Below are positions 57,073 through 64,000 of a stretch of 64,000 bases of DNA, piece after piece. The stretch's first letter is position 1, and each line of letters starts with the position of its first letter. A model generated the notes under the pieces. The model was given only the letters and a program-made list of their open reading frames with translations. It did not search any database and had not been told where the DNA came from. Position numbers and translations under genes: made by a program. Source of the DNA: an uncultured Candidatus Saccharibacteria bacterium. Its GTDB lineage: Bacteria; Patescibacteriota; Doudnabacteria; UBA920; VMFF01. The DNA lies in assembly GCA_964364285.1 (NCBI GenBank), contig CAYIKZ010000002.1:3800-67799 (forward strand), in the 5' to 3' direction.

Positions 57073-57693
57073 ATGCAATATAATGAATTTAAGGAACAAT
57101 TAAAAGACTTTATTGTTTTTTCGATAACGGATATCCGCAAGATAGAACCGAAGTTTTACCGCCGTCGTTTAAATGAGTGGCAAGACAAGGGTTACATCAA
57201 GAAGATACGCCGTGGTTACTATATGTTTGCAGACACGCAGTTGAGTGAGGAAAAGCTTTTTTTGATTGCTAATAAAATTTATTCTCCATCTTATGTTTCT
57301 TTTGAAATGGCTTTGTCTTATTATGGTCTGATCCCCGAAGGTGTTTATTCGATTACTTCTGCTTCCAGCAAGAAGACAGAAAAGTTTAAGACAACTGTTG
57401 GTGAATTTACTTATCGAAGTCTTAAGCCACAACTGCTGTTTGGTTTTAGCTTACTAACGCAAGGAAAACAGACATACAAGTTAGCGGAGATGGAAAAGGC
57501 AGTCTTAGATTATTTATACATCAATTCCAAGAGCACGAGAAAGGAAGATTTGCAGGAGTGGCGATTTGAGGGGCGAGAATTTCTGGCAAAGGCTGACTTA
57601 AATAAGTTTAATAGATATGTTAAAGCTTTTAATAGTCCCAGTCTGGAAAAGCGAGTCAAGCAGTTTATAAATTTTATTAAGCAACAACAATAA
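57073..57693 (+). CDS. AbiEi-like antitoxin (type IV toxin-antitoxin / abortive-infection transcriptional regulator)
   Basis: 206 aa with an N-terminal wHTH and AbiEi_4-like layout. 1-nt overlap with the downstream nucleotidyltransferase gene. Confidence 0.65.
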   Translation: MQYNEFKEQLKDFIVFSITDIRKIEPKFYRRRLNEWQDKGYIKKIRRGYYMFADTQLSEEKLFLIANKIYSPSYVSFEMALSYYGLIPEGVYSITSASSKKTEKFKTTVGEFTYRSLKPQLLFGFSLLTQGKQTYKLAEMEKAVLDYLYINSKSTRKEDLQEWRFEGREFLAKADLNKFNRYVKAFNSPSLEKRVKQFINFIKQQQ

Positions 57694-58469
57694 TGTTAAC
57701 CTTAGAACAAATTGAACAGCAATATCCTGAAAATTTGCGAGCTTTTAAGCGTTCACTGCTTCGAGAGTATTTGCAGTATAAGATATTAGAAATTATTTTT
57801 GCTTCTGAGTATGCCTCTAAGCTGTCATTTTTGGGTGGCACAGCTTTAAGAATCCTTTATAATAATAATCGTTTTTCTGAAGATATTGATTTTGACAATT
57901 TTGGTTTAGAAGAGAGCGAGTTTAATGCCTTAGCAGAAAAGGTAAAATCTGGTTTAGAAGCTGAGGGACTGAAAGTAGAAATTGATATTGTTGGTAAAGA
58001 GGCTTATCGTTGCAATGTTCGTTTTCCAGATATTCTTTTTGGCAGCGAGCTGTCTCAACATCAAAGCGAAAAAATTCTTATTCAAATTGACAGTCTAGCG
58101 CACGGTTTTTCTTACCAACCCGAACGCAAGATTTTGAACAAGTTTGATGTTTTTACCGAAATTTTTGTTGCCACTTCTGATTTGTTACTGTCGCAAAAAA
58201 TAAATGCTGCTGTAAACCGCAAACGGGCCAAAGGTAGGGATTTTTATGATATTGTATTTTTGCTATCTTTTACCAAGCCCAACTATCAATACCTACACCA
58301 AAAAATGAACATTAGGGAACCAGAAGAGTTAAGAGCAAAGCTACTTAAACTGTCTGAGGAACTTGATTTTACAGAGTTAGCACGAGATGTAGAGCCTTTT
58401 CTTTTTAATCCTAGTGATAGTAAAAAGGTAGAGTTATTCCGAGATTTTATTCAGCAAGCAAAATTATAG
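57693..58469 (+). CDS. AbiEii/AbiGii-family nucleotidyltransferase toxin (DUF1814)
   Basis: GGTALRILYNNNRFSEDIDFD NTase motif. 258 aa. Confidence 0.75.
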   Translation: MLTLEQIEQQYPENLRAFKRSLLREYLQYKILEIIFASEYASKLSFLGGTALRILYNNNRFSEDIDFDNFGLEESEFNALAEKVKSGLEAEGLKVEIDIVGKEAYRCNVRFPDILFGSELSQHQSEKILIQIDSLAHGFSYQPERKILNKFDVFTEIFVATSDLLLSQKINAAVNRKRAKGRDFYDIVFLLSFTKPNYQYLHQKMNIREPEELRAKLLKLSEELDFTELARDVEPFLFNPSDSKKVELFRDFIQQAKL

Positions 58470-58536
58470 GGAGTAAGCTTTAAATTAACAAAGTTTTTGT
58501 TGCACTTCAGATTAGAATTTATGTAGTGGTCGCGTG

Positions 58537-58566
58537 TTGACCTAGTCTGTATAAGTAGGGTATAAT
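58537..58566 (+). promoter_or_regulatory. Promoter TTGACC-18-TATAAT (copy 1 of a duplicated 31-bp promoter block)
   Basis: gttgacctagtctgtataagtagggtataat. 29/31 identical to the block at 59209-59240. Confidence 0.55.
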
Positions 58567-58588
58567 ACGAACAACTAAAAAAGTATAT

Positions 58589-58906
58589 ATGACAAAATTA
58601 CATAAAATTTTTAGAGTTATATATCCCGCTAAACACCCAGAGGAACTTATTAAAGAATATAATATTCCTCGTACTTTGCATTTACAAATACGTCTTACTA
58701 AAGACGGCTGGTTTGTTGCGTCTGTTCCAGAACTTCCAGGTTTAATTACTCAAGCACAAACTCAACATGAATTACTAGATATGGTTAATGACGCGGTTTT
58801 AACTTATTTTGATGTACCAAAAAGACAAGCTGATATAATTTACGATCAATTGAATATTCAAGGAGTCCCAGCAGTCCAATATGAGGCTCAATTACGAACT
58901 ACTTAA
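58589..58906 (+). CDS. hicB: HicB-family antitoxin
   Basis: 105 aa, YPAKHPEE...WFVASVPELPGLITQAQTQHELLDMVNDAV HicB/UPF0150-like. Confidence 0.65.
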   Translation: MTKLHKIFRVIYPAKHPEELIKEYNIPRTLHLQIRLTKDGWFVASVPELPGLITQAQTQHELLDMVNDAVLTYFDVPKRQADIIYDQLNIQGVPAVQYEAQLRTT

Positions 58907-58912
58907 ATTTCA

Positions 58913-59170
58913 ATGGGAGAGTATAATTTCAATAAAAGACAATGCTTACAAGCATTAAAAAAATTAGGTTTTTTTGAGGGAAGCAAGCGCAGAGGTATTC
59001 ATGATAAATATTATCCTCCCAAAAGAATAGCCGAAAATCTGACTTCTGAGAAAGCCCCTTTTATAATGATACCTAGGCATAACGAGTTGCATATCCAAAC
59101 GGAAATTATCAAAGAGATTAAGGCTATGGGTGGTGATGATTTGGTAGAACAATTTAAAAAATATTTATAA
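58913..59170 (+). CDS. hicA: HicA-family mRNA interferase toxin
   Basis: 85 aa. ALKKLGFFEGSKRRGIHDKYY...IPRHNELHIQTEIIKEIK matches the HicA/YcfA pattern. Confidence 0.7.
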   Translation: MGEYNFNKRQCLQALKKLGFFEGSKRRGIHDKYYPPKRIAENLTSEKAPFIMIPRHNELHIQTEIIKEIKAMGGDDLVEQFKKYL

Positions 59171-59173
59171 TAG

Positions 59174-59200
59174 AACCGCTATAAATCAAATAAGCGGTTT
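59174..59200 (+). terminator. Terminator after hicA
   Basis: aaccgct-ataaatcaaata-agcggtt followed by TTATAGTTTT. Confidence 0.5.
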
Positions 59201-59210
59201 TATAGTTTTG

Positions 59211-59240
59211 TTGATCTAGTCTGTATAAGCAGGGTATAAT
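59211..59240 (+). promoter_or_regulatory. Promoter TTGATC-18-TATAAT (copy 2 of the duplicated promoter block)
   Basis: gttgatctagtctgtataagcagggtataat. Confidence 0.55.
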
Positions 59241-59268
59241 TTAAACAAGTATTAAGCTAATTTTAGCT

Positions 59269-59616
59269 ATGTCCAGATTTATTCAAAGAATACAATCTTA
59301 TTTGGCTACTCCGGCACAAGCCCAAGAAAAGATCACTCATTTATTGATTGAGCTTCGTCATCGTGGGTTGACTTTTGATATTAGCTTAGAAAATGAAGAT
59401 GGACAAAAATTCTTTTATGCAAAATCCATAGATTATCCAAAGGGTTATATTTCTGCTACTGGTCAAACTACGGAAGAATTAGAAAGTGAATTAAAGGACG
59501 CGATTTTTACAGCCTTTGAAGTTCCAGCAAGATTTTGCATTTCTGAACTAATTGTTTTCAATCCTCCTGTCTCACAGGTAGCTACTGCAAACCAGAAAGT
59601 ATATGCTACCATCTAG
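59269..59616 (+). CDS. hicB: Second HicB-family antitoxin paralogue
   Basis: 115 aa. YPKGYISATGQTTEELESELKDAIFTAFEVP, a HicB-like N-terminal domain. Confidence 0.6.
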   Translation: MSRFIQRIQSYLATPAQAQEKITHLLIELRHRGLTFDISLENEDGQKFFYAKSIDYPKGYISATGQTTEELESELKDAIFTAFEVPARFCISELIVFNPPVSQVATANQKVYATI

Positions 59617-59775
59617 TTTCCCGTCTGATATATCGCAAAAGAGACTAGCAAAAGCATTTCAAAAAGGGTTTACGCTGGTGGCAAAGGCGGTCATTATAAA
59701 CTTGATGATCCTAAAAGCAAGAAGTTTATAACTCTACAATCTAAACTCTGGAAAGCTGTACTAAAGATAAATTGA
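59603..59775 (+). pseudogene. hicA: Frameshifted hicA-like toxin remnant
   Basis: Frame 1 encodes ...LAKAFQKGFTLVAK. After a shift near 59670, the next frame encodes GGKGGHYKLDDPKSKKFITLQSKLWKAVLKIN* (a HicA-like C-terminus). Confidence 0.5.
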
Positions 59776-60461
59776 AGCAAGCGGAAGAACTCGGTTATGA
59801 CGCAACAGAGATAATGAATAATTATTAAATTCTCCGGCCTCTAAAATAAGAAGCAGGAGCTTTTTAATAGAAAAGGACTACATTCAACATTCTAGTGCAA
59901 CACCTCATTAGTCTACCTTACGGTGTTGCGCTTACTTGTTGAACTTACTATACGGTTGGTTGACAATAATACCAAAAGATTATATAATGCTTGCATATTA
60001 AACCTTTGTACCAGGTTTATCCACATTTATGATTTGTACCATCATAAGTATTTCCAAAGGCATTCTGCTGAATACCTTAGGAGCCAAAGAAATCAGGAAA
60101 GTAGAACCAACCACGCTTAAATAGGGGATTTTAAGCGACTTTGTTATACTTTCCTGGTTTTTTTATGCAGATTGTGTTTGCACGCACATGTACGTATAAA
60201 AGGAACCGGGCGGTTATTTGAAGACATATATAGAGGGTGTAACAACGCTCTATTATAGGCGTCAAATAATACGCAACTAGCACTGGAGTGTTTAGTGTTC
60301 TTTATTAATAAAGATTGGTCGATCTCTAGGCGAAAGGCCTTGTAATAGGCTTTGCCAGAAGCTAGTTGAAACAGAAAATATATTAATAACACTTTTTTTA
60401 GATTAAGATTGATTGTCGCATATGAACAATTAATCCCTCGTCTAAAAAAACGGAGTAAAAC

Positions 60462-63400
60462 ATGCAAACCTCTTTAGCAAAGAAAATCTTTGCAATAGGT
60501 TCAACTTCAGCCATGTTGTTAGCTGCTGTCCCTTTTGTGGCTTCAGCTGCAGTTCACTCTGCCGGAACAAACGTCGTTTCTAACGGAACCGTTTATTTCG
60601 TCAACAGCAATGGTCAGAAACAACCTTACACTTCAGCTGGCGCATTTTTGTCCTATGGTTTTAACACCTGGGCAGATGTAGTCCCAGCTTCCGCTGAAGA
60701 TATGGCTTTGCCTACTGGCTCATTCGTTCCTCCATCAGATGGTTCCCTTATCAATGATAAAGGCACTGTATATTTGATGGTTAACGGAATGCCATCAGGC
60801 TTTACTACAGAACCAAACTTCTTAGGCTCAGGCTATTCTTACAAGAATGTCTTGGCTGGTGATGTTTCCTTCTTAGCAAAAGGCTCAAATATCAGCACAA
60901 CAGCAATGTCCCACCCAGTTGGTACATTAGTAAACGACAAAGGTACTGTTTACTTAATGACAGCATCTGGAAAAATGGGCATTCCTTCTCTTTCAACATT
61001 TAATTCTTGGGGCTATAGCTTCGCAAAAGTCGTTCCTGCAAACAGCTACGACTCAGCAGTTTCTATGAGCTCTGGAATTATGAATGCAAGAGTTGTCGGA
61101 CAATTGAACCCAACAGGTTCAACAGTCAACATTCCTCCAGTATCTGGAACTCTATCTGTAAGCGCAGCTTCAGATATGCCAGTTACTAGAACATTGGTCA
61201 AAGGCGAAGCAGTCTCTGATTTAGCTCACTTCACTTTCTACGGTACTGGTACAGTTACCGCAGTTACTTTGAAGAGATTCGGCGTTTCAGCAGATGCTAC
61301 TTTGAACAATGTCTACCTCTTTGACGGTTCAACAAGACTTACAGATTCAGCATCAGTCTCATCTGGAAGCACAATCAACTTCACAAGCAACAGCGGCTTG
61401 TTTACAGTCAATGGTTCAAAAACCGTTGCTGTAAGAGCTGACATCCTTTCAACTGCAGCAGCAGGTGAAACAGTCGGCGTTCAGTTGACATCAGCAATGA
61501 GCGGTTCTAACACAGTTAGTGGCGCTCCTGTATCAGGTAACTTACACACTGTTGCAACAGCTACTTTAGCTACTGTAGCATTGGGTGCAGTTACTCAATC
61601 TGGTGCAACAAATCCAGGCGTAGACATCAATGTCTGGCAATCAACAGCAACTGTCTCAACAAGAGACGTATTGATGACAAGATTAGCATTGCGCCAAGTT
61701 GGCTCAATTGTTTCTGCTGACGTCAATAACTTCAAGTTGTTTGTAGATGGAGTACAAGTAAGCTCAGCAGCTTCTTTGGACTCTAATGGTTATGTAACCT
61801 TTAGCTTTAGCAAAGCATTGACAACAGGCAACAGAACCTTAAAGGTAACAGCAGATGTTATCGGTGGTTCTGGAAGAAATGTAGAGTTCTCTCTACGTGG
61901 TGCTTATGACATCTCAGTTACTGATACTCAGTACAATGCAGGTGTTACAGCAACCGCTTCTTCATTCCCATTGGATGCAGGTGCAACCTTCAACATTAGC
62001 GCTGGTTCTATGACAGTTGTTAAAGCAACTGATTCACAGTCTCAGAACGTTACTTTGGGTGCAACTGATCAAACATTGGCTAAATACACCTTCACCGCTT
62101 ATGGTGAACAAATCAAGGTTGAAACCTTGAGAGTCGGTGTTATAACAACTGGTGGAACTGTTACTGAACATACATTGAGAAATGTAAGAATCTTAGTAAA
62201 TGGTTTACAAGTTGGTAGCACAACCAACGTCCCAGCTGCAGCAACTTTTGCATCAGGCGCTGGTACACAATTCACAACAAACTTCACAGTAGTTCCTGGT
62301 ACAGTAGCTACAGTTGAAATTCGTGGTGATATCGTAGACTCTGAAGATACTGATAACATCGCAGCTGGAACAGTTACTGCTGTCCAAGCTTTGTTAATCG
62401 GTGGTACTTCAGCAAACAACGCAATTCCACAGGTATCCTTAGGAACCTTGGACGTGCCAACAGCTAACAACACATTAGGTAATAGCTTAACAATTGCCTC
62501 TGGTTCTATTAGTTTGACTCAACAGTCAACCTACGCAGGTCAGACAATTGTTGCTCCTCAAACAGCTTACAAAGTCGGTGCTTACAACCTAACTGGTAAT
62601 AGCACTGAAGCAGTCAACCTCAATACACTTGAAGTAGACTTCACTGGTACTACTGCTGAAGAAACTGTCTTAACAGACGTTTACGTAAAGTATGGTACTC
62701 AGACAACAGCTGTTAAAGGAACTGTAACCGCAGCAGACAACACATGGTCCATAAGCAGAACATTGGCAATCAACGAAACAATGCCAGTTGAAGTTTATGC
62801 AACCGTATCTTCTGCATTATCTACAGATACAATTATTACTCGTTTGACTGTCACTGGTATTACAGCATCATCTGGTTTAACCACTTATGCTGATACAAAC
62901 TCTGACACAACTAAGGATGCAAACGGCTTCTTAGGTCAAACAATCACTGGTGCTGCAAACGGAACTTTGACAGCAACAGCTGATGCTTCAACTCCTGATT
63001 CAGCAATTGTTGATGACTCAGGTACAGTAACTACAGCAGCCTTCAAGTTTGCTGCAGTCAATGATTCATTTACAATCACTGACATGACAGTCACTCTTGC
63101 AGATGCTTCTGCAGTTAACACTGTTACTTTGATGGACAGTGGCGTAGCAGTAACTGGTGGTTCAAAGCCAGGCGCTGCAACTCTAACCTTCAGTGGTTTG
63201 AATATCGCAGTCCAATCAAATAGCACAAAGATAATCACAGTTCAATTGACAATGTCTCCTGTTGGAGTAGGCGCTGGCACAGCTGGCTCTTCCTTGTTAA
63301 CAACATTGACATCATTCACCTCTCGTACCTCAAACGGCACATCTGACGTTTCAGCAAACGATGCAGGTCCTTCAATTGAAAACGACCCAGCTGGTAACAT

Positions 63401-64000
63401 TATGTACGTCTACCGCTCAATTCCTACAATCACAAACGTATTATATTTGCCAAATTCAATCTTGGCAGCTGGTACGCAGACTGTATCCAAGTTCACCGTT
63501 TCTTCTGGTGGAACTGGAGCAATTAGCTGGCAGAAACTTGTATTCACAGTTGCAAGAAGCATCGGTGGTACAGACACTCTTGCCACAACTCAATTGTGGA
63601 ACTCTGATACCAACACTCAAATTAGTGGTACAGTTGCATACACTGGCAGCGTAGAAGCTGACAATGGAACTGCTGGTACTATAATCTTTGTTGCAAACTC
63701 AGAACAGGCTATTAGCGGTGCTAAGACCTATGAGTTGAGAACAACAATTGCTGGAACCGTTGGAACTGGCGATTATATCTCTGTTAAAATCGCTCAGCCT
63801 TCTACTTTCGCAGCTTCAGTAGCAGCATTTGCTTCACATACTGCAAGCAGTGCTTCATACGCTGATGTAAATGCAGGCGGAACAGTCAATGCAAACGATA
63901 TTCGTTTGACAGCTCAAACATCTGTTGAATCAGGTTACGTGCAGACGACTACTGAAGGTGTCGCAACATTCTTAACATCAGATACAACTGATGAAGTACA
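60462..64000 (+). CDS. Very large secreted surface protein (3'-partial, over 1179 aa in window), S/T/G/A/V-rich with beta-type repeat domains
   Basis: GGAG RBS and signal peptide MQTSLAKKIFAIGSTSAMLLAAVPFVASA. Three N-terminal repeats of about 60 aa (NDKGTVYLM...). One continuous open frame to the window end. Not in the ORF track because no stop lies in the window. Confidence 0.8.
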   Translation, partial: MQTSLAKKIFAIGSTSAMLLAAVPFVASAAVHSAGTNVVSNGTVYFVNSNGQKQPYTSAGAFLSYGFNTWADVVPASAEDMALPTGSFVPPSDGSLINDKGTVYLMVNGMPSGFTTEPNFLGSGYSYKNVLAGDVSFLAKGSNISTTAMSHPVGTLVNDKGTVYLMTASGKMGIPSLSTFNSWGYSFAKVVPANSYDSAVSMSSGIMNARVVGQLNPTGSTVNIPPVSGTLSVSAASDMPVTRTLVKGEAVSDLAHFTFYGTGTVTAVTLKRFGVSADATLNNVYLFDGSTRLTDSASVSSGSTINFTSNSGLFTVNGSKTVAVRADILSTAAAGETVGVQLTSAMSGSNTVSGAPVSGNLHTVATATLATVALGAVTQSGATNPGVDINVWQSTATVSTRDVLMTRLALRQVGSIVSADVNNFKLFVDGVQVSSAASLDSNGYVTFSFSKALTTGNRTLKVTADVIGGSGRNVEFSLRGAYDISVTDTQYNAGVTATASSFPLDAGATFNISAGSMTVVKATDSQSQNVTLGATDQTLAKYTFTAYGEQIKVETLRVGVITTGGTVTEHTLRNVRILVNGLQVGSTTNVPAAATFASGAGTQFTTNFTVVPGTVATVEIRGDIVDSEDTDNIAAGTVTAVQALLIGGTSANNAIPQVSLGTLDVPTANNTLGNSLTIASGSISLTQQSTYAGQTIVAPQTAYKVGAYNLTGNSTEAVNLNTLEVDFTGTTAEETVLTDVYVKYGTQTTAVKGTVTAADNTWSISRTLAINETMPVEVYATVSSALSTDTIITRLTVTGITASSGLTTYADTNSDTTKDANGFLGQTITGAANGTLTATADASTPDSAIVDDSGTVTTAAFKFAAVNDSFTITDMTVTLADASAVNTVTLMDSGVAVTGGSKPGAATLTFSGLNIAVQSNSTKIITVQLTMSPVGVGAGTAGSSLLTTLTSFTSRTSNGTSDVSANDAGPSIENDPAGNIMYVYRSIPTITNVLYLPNSILAAGTQTVSKFTVSSGGTGAISWQKLVFTVARSIGGTDTLATTQLWNSDTNTQISGTVAYTGSVEADNGTAGTIIFVANSEQAISGAKTYELRTTIAGTVGTGDYISVKIAQPSTFAASVAAFASHTASSASYADVNAGGTVNANDIRLTAQTSVESGYVQTTTEGVATFLTSDTTDEV

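Noticed and set aside
59923-60467. Small ORFs (65 aa plus strand, 107 aa minus strand) in the AT-rich region upstream of the surface-protein gene
   Set aside because: No RBS. AT-rich intergenic composition. More likely a regulatory region for the giant gene.
62099-63238. Minus-strand ORFs (124, 100 aa) within the giant surface-protein gene
   Set aside because: Nested antisense frames in a long, clearly coding plus-strand gene with consistent periodicity.

Overview
The window is a low-GC (about 35-40% by eye), compact, operon-dense bacterial segment. Its gene content looks like a small-genome, CPR/Patescibacteria-like organism, but that is inferred from content only, not from any search. Housekeeping genes present: uvrC-uvrA, a CIRCE-controlled hrcA-grpE-dnaK...dnaJ cluster, secG, a family-5 solute-binding protein, a MarR-HlyD-MacB-like efflux operon, NDH-2, topA, pth-der-LCP, lepB, rpsU, yqeY, ftsA-ftsZ, and nrdR followed by a B12-type ribonucleotide reductase that carries a LAGLIDADG intein. 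Also present: a cob(I)alamin adenosyltransferase, hisS, a ComEC-like protein, cyclophilin, ndk, a RelA/SpoT-family protein, rpmF-nusB and HU. RNA genes are five tRNAs (Leu-CAG, Lys-UUU, Val-CAC, Pro-UGG, Gly-UCC) plus one aberrant tRNA-like element. The most striking feature is five short, strongly GC-rich (about 60%) micro-islands at about 6.2-7.1, 26.0-27.0, 36.9-38.4, 51.7-51.95 and 52.9-53.25 kb. Each sits in an intergenic spacer and carries ORFs with GGAGG ribosome-binding sites. Three sit behind host-style TTGACA-17-TAAnnT promoters, and one is a pyrF/pyrE-like gene pair. A second accessory region at 55.3-59.8 kb, adjacent to tRNA-Pro and tRNA-Gly, holds an HTH/LAGLIDADG-like gene, a tandem-repeat protein, an AbiEi/AbiEii pair and two hicBA modules behind duplicated promoters, one with a frameshifted hicA. 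Other notable points are a catalytically degenerate HisRS paralogue next to a HIT protein, and a giant secreted repeat protein that runs off the end of the window.
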